From Vulcanimicrobiota bacterium (GTDB lineage Bacteria > Vulcanimicrobiota > Vulcanimicrobiia > Vulcanimicrobiales > Vulcanimicrobiaceae), in contig OY970223.1 in NCBI GenBank assembly GCA_963714015.1, positions 3,072,001 to 3,136,000 on the forward strand: DNA of 64,000 nucleotides. Reading direction: 5' to 3'. This document shows, one piece after another, positions 21,120-30,809 of the stretch. The position numbers were made by a program, and so were the translations under genes. Each line of letters opens with the position of its first letter. Within the stretch, counting starts at the first letter, position 1. The notes beneath the pieces were generated by a model. It was not told the origin of the DNA, did not search any database, and saw only the letters and a program-made list of their open reading frames with translations.

Positions 21120-21257
21120 CGCCGTGCAGCATATGCAGCAAACTGGTTCGAATTGGGCCGTACGGTCACAATTGGGTCGGCGCGAAAACGCTTGATTTAC
21201 CGATAATTTCGAATCCTCGCGGCCGGCCCAGGACCATTCAGTAACGCGCTGCGAGTC

Positions 21258-21280
21258 TTCGAATCCCGCTGGGGCTACCA
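21258..21280 (+). repeat. att-site copy of the tRNA-Glu 3' end, followed by CCA
   Basis: TTCGAATCCCGCTGGGGCTA-CCA; first 20 nt identical to 16155-16174. Confidence 0.92.
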
Positions 21281-21292
21281 AAACTTTCCTTA

Positions 21293-21495
21293 TTTCACCA
21301 TATACACATCGAGGTACGGCTCAGCGGTGATCTCGATGCTGGAATGTCGAGACGTTTGCTCGTGAGCTCCCGCCCGAACGCCGGCCTTGGACGCAAGCTC
21401 GCATGGTGTCGCATAAACCATGCAGAGTAATGGGTGATGCCGGCACACCTCATCCTGACGCGCTCCGGTGTACGGCCGCAAGGCGACGGCATCAT
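21293..21495 (-). pseudogene. second, heavily decayed tyrosine integrase remnant
   Basis: Across frameshifts: YTGARQDEV, ITLHGL-RH-HASL-SKAGV, ELTSKRL-HSSIEITAEPYLDVY, i.e. Arg-I, HxLRH, (G)H and Tyr boxes joined by an internal deletion. Confidence 0.7.
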
Positions 21496-21624
21496 CGCTT
21501 CGCACTCCGCAAGAATCGCTTGAGGGGGCTTTATGACTGCCGCGGATTGGGAAGAAGCGTAAGGGTTCGCTTGTCTTTGGCGTAGTTTCCGCGTGAGGCG
21601 GTGGGCCCAATACAGGAGCAAACG

Positions 21625-23557
21625 ATGAGTCGTTACGCTAAGTTCGCGTTCGCAGCAATTTTTTTGCTGGCCGGCTGCGGAAAACATCTGAACTCAATGG
21701 TGCCGGTTGAAGATCGATCGTTGTCTACATCGGTCCACACGTCCATCGCGGCTCCGTCCTTTTCATATAAGGAATATCCGATTCCAACGCTAGCGAGCCA
21801 TCCTCAGGGAATCGCTGTGGGCTCGGACGGGAATCTGTGGTTCGTCGAGAGCTCGGGAAACAACATCGGGCGGATTACGCCTGCGGGTGCCGTGACCGAG
21901 TTCCCTATTCCGACCGCAAATAGCGAACCTGTGGACATCACGCCTGGGCAGCCGGGCTATCTGTGGTTCACCGAATACGCCGGTAATAAACTCGGGCGCA
22001 TTTCCACCTCCGGGACGATCACCGAATATACGATCCCGACCGCATCGAGCCACCCGTTCGGTGTGGTTCAGGGACCCGACGACGCGCCGTGGTTTACCGA
22101 ATCGGCAGCGAACAAGGTCGGCACCTTACGCTCGGGCGGAATCGTCGAATTCACGGTTCCCGGGGCGAACGTTTCCCCACTCGGCATTACGGTTGCAACG
22201 TACGGCGATAATCTGATGTTTGCCGAGAGCAGCGGCTCAGGCATCGGAACGATTACGACGTCGGGCAAGATCACGCAATTGAACACCGGCTTCACATCGC
22301 GTTTTGTCACGACGATCCCCGGTGAAGACCTTTTTTGGACGGACGCTAAAAACAATGCTGTCGGAATTTATGGCTTTAACGGGAACCCGGAAGAGTTTCC
22401 ACTCACTTCGGGTTCCTCGCCGTCGTTCTCCACCGCAGGTCCGTACGGAATGCCGTGGTGGACCGATTTTTCGAGCAGCGACCTCCGCTACTTCGACCTA
22501 AACACGAATGCGCCGTCGGCGCCGATTCAGGTGACAGCGTCCTCCGAACCGGACGGCATTACGTCGCTCAAGGGCAGTCTCTGGTTTACCGAATACAACG
22601 CGAATAAGATCGGCGAGGTCCATCCCGCGCCGACGCCCACGCCGTTCGGCGGCAGCGGTTTATTGTACACAGACGCTGGTTCCAGCGGCTCCGGGCCGGT
22701 CCTCATCTATAAATTGGGCAACGTCAACCCGTCTCGATATATCCTCTCCCCGCCTGTCGGCCTCATTGCCGTATCACAACGAGGCTACATCTACGGCGTG
22801 GGGTCTGATGCGGAAGGCAATCCGCTGATCGACGTTTTTGCTCCCGATGCCAAAGGCCGCGCGAAACCGGTGCGTCAAATCGCAGGGAGCAATACCCAGC
22901 TTAACGGCTTCCAGATCTCTTCGCTGGCCCCTGATGGAAACGATGATCTCTTCGTCGCGGTGTTCAACCCGAATTGCAACGAGAACTGCGGGACGACCAT
23001 TCTGGTCTTTGGTCCGAACGCAAACGGCAACGTTGCGCCGGCTCGAATTCTTACCTACCTGCGCGATCACTCCATCGGGAAGAATGAGACAGGCGTTACC
23101 ATCGCGCCGGACGGCACGTTGTACGCGGCAGCATACATCACCAACCCTGAAAGGGATCCGGCATTATATGCATTCAGGGCAGGCGCCGGCGGCCCCACTG
23201 CTCCCTCGCGAATCATTGCCGGCTCCAATACATTACTGGACTGCGATTCCGGCTACGGACAGGCTTTGTTCGGTTGGGACAGATTCGTCCGGAGACGTCT
23301 TTGCCTTCGGAGTAAACAGCATCGTTGAATTTCCCGGCTCCGCGAACGGCAACGTAAGCCCGATCACCGATTCGAGCTTAGGCCTGCCCAGAGTTCCCAA
23401 TTTTGCGATCGGATCGAACGGGACAATCTACTACTTCGGAGGCGATCAAGAATCCGATTGCGGATTCTTTACGCAACTGCCGGGCGGAAGCCCCCAAGAC
23501 CAAGAGATGTTGTGTCGCCACCGGGGCGGATACGTTGCCGTTCGGGACATCCCATGA
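21625..23557 (+). CDS. lipoprotein with Vgb-lyase-like and NHL-like beta-propeller repeats; frameshift near 23268
   Basis: Lipobox LLAGC; repeats P.GI..G.DGNLWF.E...N.IGRIT..G..TE(F/Y).IPT; continues in ORF 22838-23557. Confidence 0.8.
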
Positions 23558-23712
23558 AACGCTTCGACGATTGCGCACTCGGAGTGGACACCATTCCGCT
23601 TTGGAAATCCAAGTGCAGCGGCATGGACGTCCCCAGCTCGTTCACTTAAAAGGAACTCGAAGCAAGAACAGGCAGAAACAGAAACCCGTCCTGCTGAAAG
23701 AGCGCGGCCGCG

Positions 23713-24693
23713 TTACGTCCTGCGGTAGAAAAATGCGCTGAGCGCTAAATTCGCCGCGAAAATTGCCATGATCGCATAGCCGACGCTCGAGAAGGAGAGC
23801 CAGTCGCCGAGGCGCGCCAACGGTTGCGAGCCGACGTGGGTACCTATTGCCGCGGCCGCTTCGGCGCCGCCGACGAAAAGCGCGATGACGATCGACAACA
23901 AGGTCATGTTGACGTTGTAGAGCAGCTTTCGTGCGGGCTGCAAATATGCCCAGCCGTACGCGCCGAGCATTGCAACGCCTTCGGCTGTGTCGACAAGCGA
24001 CATGCCCGCGGCAAAAAGCAGCGGCAGCAGTAAGATGTACGCAAGCGGCATGCCACCGGCACCCGATGCGGCGGAGATGCCGAGCAGCGCGACTTCCGTT
24101 GCCGTATCGAAGCCCAGGCCGAACAAAACCCCGATCGGATACATGTGTGCGCTGCACTTGACCATGTCAAGTGCCGGGCGAAGCACGCGCGTCAGCATAC
24201 CTCCCGGGAGCTCGGCATCCACTGAATCGTGCCGCGACCCGCGCAGGATTTCCAAGAGCACGACCACGTTTGCGCCCGCAATCGCGAGCAAGAACAGCGC
24301 CGAGACCCACGTTCCGATTGCCGCACCCAGATGCTCCAATTCCGGGAAGTGCGCTTTTATCACGGTTCCGAACAGGGCGACGATCGCGCTCAAGACGAAA
24401 ACGATCGTCGAGTGGCCGAGCGAAAAATAGAATCCCACCGTAACGGGGCGCTGCCCGTCACGCATCAATTTACGTGTCGTTCCATCGATCGCGGCAATGT
24501 GGTCGGGATCGACCGCATGGCGCAGTCCAAACAAGAACGCGGCGACGCCCAGCGGCAGCAGCAGCGGATACGCATGCGCTGCCCCAAGCAAGGCAATCCA
24601 TCCGATTACCGTCGCCGCGGAAAGAACGGCGAAAACGCCGGCTACACGAGCGCGAGTTTCGCCGCGATCCGCGAATCCAAGAAGTCGATCCAT
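23713..24693 (-). CDS. HoxN/HupN/NixA family high-affinity nickel/cobalt permease (NiCoT)
   Basis: GLRHAVDPDHIAAID, FSLGHSTIV and LGFDTATEV signature motifs. Confidence 0.92.
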   Translation of the reverse strand: MDRLLGFADRGETRARVAGVFAVLSAATVIGWIALLGAAHAYPLLLPLGVAAFLFGLRHAVDPDHIAAIDGTTRKLMRDGQRPVTVGFYFSLGHSTIVFVLSAIVALFGTVIKAHFPELEHLGAAIGTWVSALFLLAIAGANVVVLLEILRGSRHDSVDAELPGGMLTRVLRPALDMVKCSAHMYPIGVLFGLGFDTATEVALLGISAASGAGGMPLAYILLLPLLFAAGMSLVDTAEGVAMLGAYGWAYLQPARKLLYNVNMTLLSIVIALFVGGAEAAAAIGTHVGSQPLARLGDWLSFSSVGYAIMAIFAANLALSAFFYRRT

Positions 24694-25313
24694 TCTTCCA
24701 TCCCCTCGCCGGTTCGCGCGGAAAGTTCGAGCACGGCAAGACCGGGATGCACCCGCTCGATGTTTTCCAGCGCTGCGCTCCGGTCGAAATCCGTTGCTCC
24801 CGCGAGATCGATTTTCGTAACCAGCGCGACGTGCGCGGTCGTGAATGCTAGCGGATATTTGAGCGGCTTATCTTCGCCCTCCGTCACGGAGAACAACACC
24901 ACCCGCAGATCCTCGCCGAGATCGTACTCGGCCGGGCAAATCAGGTTGCCGACGTTCTCGATGGCAAGCACTTCCGCGTCGGCCGCCTCGAACGCCGAGA
25001 GCGCCGACACGATCATTTGCGCGTCCAAACGGCACTCCGCGCCGGTGGCGATCTGCAAGACCGGTGCGCCGCTGCGTTGCAGCCGCCGAGCATCGTTGTC
25101 GGTCGCTTGATCTCCCACCAAGGCAGCGACCTGGTACCGCGCCTTCAGGCGCCGCAGCGTCTCTTCGAGGAGCGTCGTCTTGCCTGCACCCGGGCTCGAG
25201 AGCAAATTGAAAACGAACGTTCCCGAACGTTTAAAGCGTTCGCGCAGGGCCGCCGCCAGCGTAGCGTTCTTCCGCAAAATGCTCTGCTGGACTTGGACCA
25301 GCCGCAGCGTCAT
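24642..25313 (-). CDS. hypB: hydrogenase nickel-incorporation GTPase
   Basis: SSPGAGKT, ENVGNLICPAEYDLGE, EGEDKPLKYP and TKIDL motifs. Confidence 0.95.
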   Translation of the reverse strand: MTLRLVQVQQSILRKNATLAAALRERFKRSGTFVFNLLSSPGAGKTTLLEETLRRLKARYQVAALVGDQATDNDARRLQRSGAPVLQIATGAECRLDAQMIVSALSAFEAADAEVLAIENVGNLICPAEYDLGEDLRVVLFSVTEGEDKPLKYPLAFTTAHVALVTKIDLAGATDFDRSAALENIERVHPGLAVLELSARTGEGMEEWIDFLDSRIAAKLALV

Positions 25314-25656
25314 AGATCACCTCCATTGCGGTAACCAGCAGCTCTTGCCCGCCGCGAATATCCGTCGACGACGTTCCGCACACGGGACAAACCGGCAAAC
25401 TGCCGTGTTCGATCACTCGTTCGCACGCGCACTCCTCGCACTTTATCGCAAGCGGCACGCGTTCGATGCGCAAGCGCGATCCGAAAGCGACCGTGCCTTC
25501 CGTTGCCGCTTCCCATGCAAACTCAAGCGCGTCGGGCACAATGCTGGTCAGCACACCGATACGTAAGTTGACACAAACTATCTTTTCAATGCGCTGATCC
25601 GCGGCTCGCTCGCACAACTCGTCGACAATCGCAAGCGCGATCGAAGCTTCGTGCAC
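25231..25656 (-). CDS. hypA: hydrogenase maturation nickel metallochaperone
   Basis: GTG start giving MHEASIA; CEEC and CPVC zinc motifs; GGQEL. Confidence 0.93.
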   Translation of the reverse strand: MHEASIALAIVDELCERAADQRIEKIVCVNLRIGVLTSIVPDALEFAWEAATEGTVAFGSRLRIERVPLAIKCEECACERVIEHGSLPVCPVCGTSSTDIRGGQELLVTAMEVIYDAAAGPSPAEHFAEERYAGGGPARTL

Positions 25657-25661
25657 GACGT

Positions 25662-25688
25662 GGTTATTCCCAAATAGCTTCTGGGTAC
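25662..25688 (+). promoter_or_regulatory. SigF/SigB-like promoter candidate for the hemerythrin-hhySL operon
   Basis: GGTTA-N16-GGGTAC in the 48-bp divergent intergenic region, followed by a GAGGGGG RBS. Confidence 0.4.
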
Positions 25689-25704
25689 TCGGACAGAGGG
25701 GGAC

Positions 25705-26241
25705 ATGATTATGTCCGACGCGGTTCAGATGCTTGAGGAGCAGCATGCCGAGGTCACGGCGCTGTTTATGAAGCTCGAGCGCCTCAGCGATCCGGTTACG
25801 TGCGAGCATCTGTTCCGCACGATCGACCTCAAATTGCGCGACCACACGGTTATAGAGGAAGAAATATTCTATCCGGCAGTACGGGAGCGCGCCGGTAAAG
25901 GCGGCGATGAACGTGTCCGCGACGCTGTCCACGATCACGACGACGTCAAGAAGGCCTTGGCGGAGGCAGAGGCGGTCAGCCCGACCGACTATACCTTCAA
26001 GAGTAAGGTTTCCGAGGTAAAGCGCCTCGTCGAGCATCACGTGCGCGAAGAAAAGGAAGAGATCTTACCGCTCGCCCGACGCCTGTTCACCGAACCGGAG
26101 CTGGACGAAATGGCTCTGAGAATGCAACAACTCATGTCGATTCACGCTCCGATCTATCAGATAGGCGGAAGCAAGCTTCAAACCGCGGCGCGCGATACGC
26201 TGCGGAACATCGGCGACTTCGTCAGCAAAATCGGCGGCTAA
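25705..26241 (+). CDS. hemerythrin (HHE cation-binding) domain protein
   Basis: QH...H..IEEEIFYP...DH...HHVREEKEEILP di-iron ligand pattern. Confidence 0.85.
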   Translation: MIMSDAVQMLEEQHAEVTALFMKLERLSDPVTCEHLFRTIDLKLRDHTVIEEEIFYPAVRERAGKGGDERVRDAVHDHDDVKKALAEAEAVSPTDYTFKSKVSEVKRLVEHHVREEKEEILPLARRLFTEPELDEMALRMQQLMSIHAPIYQIGGSKLQTAARDTLRNIGDFVSKIGG

Positions 26242-26256
26242 TGAAAGGAGGGTCAC

Positions 26257-27294
26257 ATGGGTCCTAAACCTCCCGTGCTCCCCGAAATCAATCTTCTGTG
26301 GATCAACGCCGGCTTGAGCTGCGACGGCGATTCGGTCTCGCTCACGAACGCCCAGCGGCCAAGCGTCGAGGATATCGTGATGGGCGGCATCCCGGGCTTG
26401 CCGAAGGTGAACGTCTGGTGGCCGCTCATTGCATACGAGGTCGGCGATGACTTTATGAAGGCGTACTTCAAAGCCGAACGCGGCGAGCTCGAACCGTTCG
26501 TTTTAGTGATTGAAGGGTCAATCGCTAATGAAAAGGTCAAGAAAGAAGGCTACTGGACCGGATTCGGAAACGATCCCGCAACGGGACAGCCGCGCACGCT
26601 TACAGAGTGGATCGACGCGCTTGCGCCCAAAGCGGTCGCGGTTATCGCGGCCGGCACGTGCGCCACTTACGGCGGCATCCACGCGATGTACGGAAATCCG
26701 ACCGGAGCGATGGGCCTGGCGGATTATCTCGGCTGGAATTGGCGTTCCAAACTCGGTTTGCCGATCATCAACGTTCCGGGTTGTCCGGTGCAGCCCGACA
26801 ACCTGTCCGAGACCTTGACCCAGTTACTGCTGTTCGCCGCCGGCAAAGCGCCGCCGCCGGCGCTCGACGAGATGCTTCGTCCCAAATGGCTGTTCGAACG
26901 CACGGTGCACGAGAACTGCGACCGCGCCGGATATTACGAGGAAGGCAACTTCGCAAAACAATACGGCGATCACCGCTGCCTGGTCAAAATCGGCTGTTGG
27001 GGACCGGTCGTCAAATGCAACGTTCCCAAACGCGGCTGGATGGACGGCATCGGCGGCTGTCCGAATGTCGGCGGAATCTGCATGGCATGCACCATGCCGG
27101 GATTCCCGGACAAATACATGCCGTTCATGGACGAGCCTCCGGGCGCGACGCTTTCCACGACGCTCGTTACCGGCTACGGGCGCTTCATTCGCACGATGCG
27201 CGCGTCCACGATCCATACCGGCGACAAAGAACCCAAGTGGCGCCACCCGGGCGAATCGCTGACGACGGGCTACACGCCGCACACGAAATACTAA
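26257..27294 (+). CDS. hhyS: group 1h [NiFe]-hydrogenase small subunit
   Basis: GLSCDGDS, GTCATYGG, PGCP, HENCDRAGYY, GCWGP and GGICMACTMPGFPDKYMPF motifs; no Tat leader. Confidence 0.93.
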   Translation: MGPKPPVLPEINLLWINAGLSCDGDSVSLTNAQRPSVEDIVMGGIPGLPKVNVWWPLIAYEVGDDFMKAYFKAERGELEPFVLVIEGSIANEKVKKEGYWTGFGNDPATGQPRTLTEWIDALAPKAVAVIAAGTCATYGGIHAMYGNPTGAMGLADYLGWNWRSKLGLPIINVPGCPVQPDNLSETLTQLLLFAAGKAPPPALDEMLRPKWLFERTVHENCDRAGYYEEGNFAKQYGDHRCLVKIGCWGPVVKCNVPKRGWMDGIGGCPNVGGICMACTMPGFPDKYMPFMDEPPGATLSTTLVTGYGRFIRTMRASTIHTGDKEPKWRHPGESLTTGYTPHTKY

Positions 27295-27304
27295 GGAAAA
27301 GACA

Positions 27305-29101
27305 ATGACGACGAGAGATATTCCAATCAGCGGCGGCGAGGCGGATCGTTCGCAGCTCGTCGAGATGGCATGGGACCCGATAACCAGGATCGTCGGAAGC
27401 CTCGGCATCTATACTAAGATCGACTTCAAACAGAAACGCGTCGCCGAATGTCACAGCACCTCATCGATCTTTCGCGGCTACAGCGTTTTCATGCGCGGCA
27501 AAGATCCGCGCGACGCGCATTTCATAACGAGCCGCATCTGCGGAATCTGCGGTGATAATCACGCCGCATGCTCCGTCTACGCCCAGAACATGGCTTACGG
27601 CATCGAGAACCCGCCGATGGGCGAGGTGATCATGAATCTCGGCGAGGCGGCCGAGTACATGTTCGACCACAACATTTTCCAAGAGAACCTCGTCGCCGTC
27701 GACTTCTGCGAACGTATGATGCGGGAAACCAATCCGAGCGTGTGGGAGAAGGCGAAACAGACGCCTGCGCCGCATGCGGGGGATCACGGATACCGCACGA
27801 TCGCCGACATTATGAGCGCGTGCAATCCGTTCGAGGGCGAGATCACGCGCCGAGGCCTGGAACTGAGCCGCCTCACGCGCGAGATGTTCTGCCTGATGGA
27901 AGGCCGGCACGTTCACCCTTCCACGCTTTATCCCGGCGGCGTGGGAACGGTCGCCACCATGCAGCTCTTCACCGATTACCTTTCGCGCCTGGTCAAATAC
28001 ATCGAGTGGATGAAGGTCTGCGTCCCGCTGCACGACGACCTTTTCGATTTCTTCTACGACGCGATTCCGGGATACGAACACGTCGGCGAGCGCCGCGTGC
28101 TCCTCGGCTGCTGGGGATCGCTTTATCACGAAGGCGAGGCCGACTTCAAATACAAGAACATGAACCGGTGGGGCAAATCGATGTACGTCACGCCGGGCAT
28201 CGTGGTCGACGGAAAACTCGTCACGAACGAGCTCGTCGACATCAATCTGGGTCTGCGGATCCTGCTGGGCTCATCATATTACGCAGACTGGGAGCAGCAA
28301 GGCAAACTCGTCGACAAAGATCCGCTCGGTAACCCGGTCGATATCCGGCATCCCTGGAACGCGCGACAAATTCCCGAGCCGCAGAAGCGCGACTTCGGCG
28401 GCCGTTACAGCTGGGTCATGTCGCCGCGCTGGTTCGACGGACAGAACTATCTCGCGCTCGATACGGGCGGCGGTCCGCTCGCGCGCCTCTGGTCAACCGC
28501 GCTTTCCGGCCTTGTCGACACCCCGTACGTCAAGGCTTCGCACAATACGGTAAAGATAACGCTGCCCAAGACGTCCCTCAAGCCGGAAGTAACCTTCGAG
28601 TGGAAGATTCCGCGGTGGAGCAACGCGATCGAACGCGACCGCGCGCGAACGTACTTCCAAGCGTACTCCGCGGCGTTGGCGATGCATTTCGTCGAGCTGG
28701 GCATCGCGTTCGTGGGCAAAGGGGAGACGAAAACGTGGAACGACTTCAAAGTACCGCGCGAAGCGATTAGCGTCGGATTTACCGAAGCAGTGCGCGGAGT
28801 GCTTTCACATCATATGGTAATCCGGGACGGAAAGATCGAAAATTATCAGCCGTGGCCGCCGACGCCGTGGAATGGAAGCCCGCGCGATTCATACGGTACG
28901 CCCGGTCCCTACGAAGACGCAGTGCAGAATACGCCTATCTTTGAAGAAAACGGACCCGATTCATTCAAGGGCATCGACATCATGCGCGCGGTGCGCAGCT
29001 TCGATCCGTGTCTGCCGTGCGGCGTGCACATGTACGTCGGCGGAGGGAAGACCGTGGAACGCATTCATACGCCGTTCGGCATCCCGGAACCGCCGGCTTG
29101 A
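27305..29101 (+). CDS. hhyL: group 1h [NiFe]-hydrogenase large subunit
   Basis: L1 motif TSRICGICGDNH and L2 motif SFDPCLPCGVH, typical of group 1h; N-terminal WDPITRIVGSLG. Confidence 0.95.
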   Translation: MTTRDIPISGGEADRSQLVEMAWDPITRIVGSLGIYTKIDFKQKRVAECHSTSSIFRGYSVFMRGKDPRDAHFITSRICGICGDNHAACSVYAQNMAYGIENPPMGEVIMNLGEAAEYMFDHNIFQENLVAVDFCERMMRETNPSVWEKAKQTPAPHAGDHGYRTIADIMSACNPFEGEITRRGLELSRLTREMFCLMEGRHVHPSTLYPGGVGTVATMQLFTDYLSRLVKYIEWMKVCVPLHDDLFDFFYDAIPGYEHVGERRVLLGCWGSLYHEGEADFKYKNMNRWGKSMYVTPGIVVDGKLVTNELVDINLGLRILLGSSYYADWEQQGKLVDKDPLGNPVDIRHPWNARQIPEPQKRDFGGRYSWVMSPRWFDGQNYLALDTGGGPLARLWSTALSGLVDTPYVKASHNTVKITLPKTSLKPEVTFEWKIPRWSNAIERDRARTYFQAYSAALAMHFVELGIAFVGKGETKTWNDFKVPREAISVGFTEAVRGVLSHHMVIRDGKIENYQPWPPTPWNGSPRDSYGTPGPYEDAVQNTPIFEENGPDSFKGIDIMRAVRSFDPCLPCGVHMYVGGGKTVERIHTPFGIPEPPA

Positions 29102-29586
29102 GCCGCGACGTTCTGGACGCCGGCAGCCGGCGCGTGGAGACGATCCTCGAGCGGTTTAGCGCATTTCCGGCCGATACCGGCGCGCGCGCCGACGCCGAAG
29201 AATTGATCCGCATCGTCTCGTCGCTCCACGGCCAATGTCTGCGCGCTCTCGTGCAAGCGATGCGCGAAGAACTCGGCGATCGCGCGAACGAGACCCTGGA
29301 GCGCAGCTGCGCCGATCCGCTCGTCGCAAGCTTGCTCGTCACGCACGGCCTGCATCCGCTTTCCATCGAAGAGCGCGTGCGCCGCGCGATCGAAATCGTA
29401 CGTCCGGAGCTGCAGACGAATCACGCGGACGCGCGACTTGAAAGCGTCACCGAAGACGTCGTAACGCTCCGCGTCGATGGGGACGCGAACGTCGTTCCGC
29501 TTCTCGAAGGAGCCGTCTACGCAGCCGCCCCCGAGGTGTTGGACGTACGCTGCACCGGTCAAACGATCTCGCTTCTGAGCGTATGA
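29098..29586 (+). CDS. NifU-like hydrogenase accessory protein (HhyE-like)
   Basis: TTG start overlapping the hhyL stop; AEELIR....LHG..L, DPLVASLLVTHGLHP...EERV..A, AAPEV. Confidence 0.75.
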   Translation: MSRDVLDAGSRRVETILERFSAFPADTGARADAEELIRIVSSLHGQCLRALVQAMREELGDRANETLERSCADPLVASLLVTHGLHPLSIEERVRRAIEIVRPELQTNHADARLESVTEDVVTLRVDGDANVVPLLEGAVYAAAPEVLDVRCTGQTISLLSV

Positions 29587-30186
29587 TGGGGTTCTCGCTT
29601 ACACGGCTCCTACGCGAACCCGCTCCGCAGATACGCTTGCAGTGTGAGATGTGCGCCCTGCCGATCGCCGAAGGGCACGGTCATGTCGTCGACACGTCCG
29701 ATCGGCGGCTGCTATGCACGTGCTACGCGTGCAGCCTTGCTGTTCGTCGGGTCCGGCACTGCGCGCGGACGGTTCAAAGGCGTTCCGAAACGCTACGCCG
29801 CGATTCCGGCGCCGTTATTCAGCGAGGCGCAATGGGAGGCGCTGGGCATTCCAATCGGGCTGGCGTTTTTCTTTGAGAACGGTCAAAGCGGCCATGTCGC
29901 GGCCTTCTACCCCGGTCCCGCCGGTTCTACCGAATCGCAACTGCCGCTCGATGCGTGGACCGAGCTGCGCGAGCGCGAACCGCTGATCGCGCAGATGGAG
30001 CACGACGTCGAAGCGGTGCTCGTTTACCGCCCGCGCGGCGGGCCGGCGCAGTCATACCTGGTGCCGATCGACGCATGCTACGAGCTCGCCGGAATCGTCC
30101 GATCGAAATGGACGGGGATCCACGGCGGCGACGAGCTCCATCAGGCGATCGAACAGTTTTTCGCGCGGATTGCGGAGCGAACCTAA
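29583..30186 (+). CDS. DUF5947-like hydrogenase-associated protein; frameshift near 29737
   Basis: CEMC...H.H.....RRLLCTCYAC, then (other frame) LFV...IPIGLAFFF......AFYPGPAGSTES..VPIDACYELAG. Confidence 0.78.
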
Positions 30187-30809
30187 TGAGCGAGCCGCAG
30201 TTCGAAGTTACCGGCGCGCGAGCGCGTGCGCATGCGGCATTACCCGGGATTGCGTTCCAACTCGGCGTGAGCGCCGCGGAACCGGTTGAAGCGATGATCT
30301 TGCGCGTTCAAGTCCGCATCGAACCGCAGTGGCGCAGCTATACCACGGAAGAAAAACCGCTGCTCAACGATCTTTTCGGCACGCCGGACCGCTGGGAGAC
30401 GACGCTCCGGCCGCTTTCATGGGCCGACGTTCCCCTCGCCGTAACCGCATTCGAACGCGAAACGTCGGTTGAACTAACAGTGCACTGCACCTACGATTTC
30501 GACGTAACTGCGACGCGTTACATGAACGCCTTGAATGATGACGAGATTCCCTTGCGGTTCTTGTTCAGCGGCGCCGTATTCCGCCATGGCAGCCGGGGAC
30601 TCTCGACCGTGCGCGTGCCGTGGAGCAGCGAGTGCGCGTATCGGATGAAGCTGCACGTATGGCGCGATGCGATGCGCGCTTTCTACGGCGACGACGCGCT
30701 CATCAAGGTGAGCCGTGAAACGCTCGATCGGCTTCAGCGCTATCGCGCTCTAACTGGCGCGACCAGCTGGGACACGTTTTTCGAACGCGTCCTGGGCGCC
30801 CCGACATGA
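30186..30809 (+). CDS. DUF6084-like hydrogenase-associated protein
   Basis: QVRIEP..RSY...E...L.DLFG..DRW..TL, CTYDFDV, PLRFLFSG and VPW..E motifs. Confidence 0.78.
   Translation: MSEPQFEVTGARARAHAALPGIAFQLGVSAAEPVEAMILRVQVRIEPQWRSYTTEEKPLLNDLFGTPDRWETTLRPLSWADVPLAVTAFERETSVELTVHCTYDFDVTATRYMNALNDDEIPLRFLFSGAVFRHGSRGLSTVRVPWSSECAYRMKLHVWRDAMRAFYGDDALIKVSRETLDRLQRYRALTGATSWDTFFERVLGAPT

Larger units (their letters stand above)
16155..21277. mobile_element. decayed integrative island inserted in the 3' end of tRNA-Glu
   Basis: Identical 20-bp TTCGAATCCCGCTGGGGCTA at 16155-16174 and 21258-21277; contains a tyrosine integrase remnant and AT-richer cargo. Confidence 0.88.

Noticed and set aside
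21241..21248. GTAACGCG matching the tRNA-Glu variable region just before the att copy
   Set aside because: Only 8 nt and offset from the repeat by a different spacing; could be chance, so not counted as part of att.
21625..22620. Virginiamycin B lyase resistance gene
   Set aside because: The repeat similarity reflects a shared propeller fold in a lipoprotein with additional domains; there is no evidence for a resistance function.
25657..26040. Long N-terminal extension of HypA in the ORF track
   Set aside because: It is the antisense of the hemerythrin gene; HypA begins at the canonical MHE (GTG 25656).
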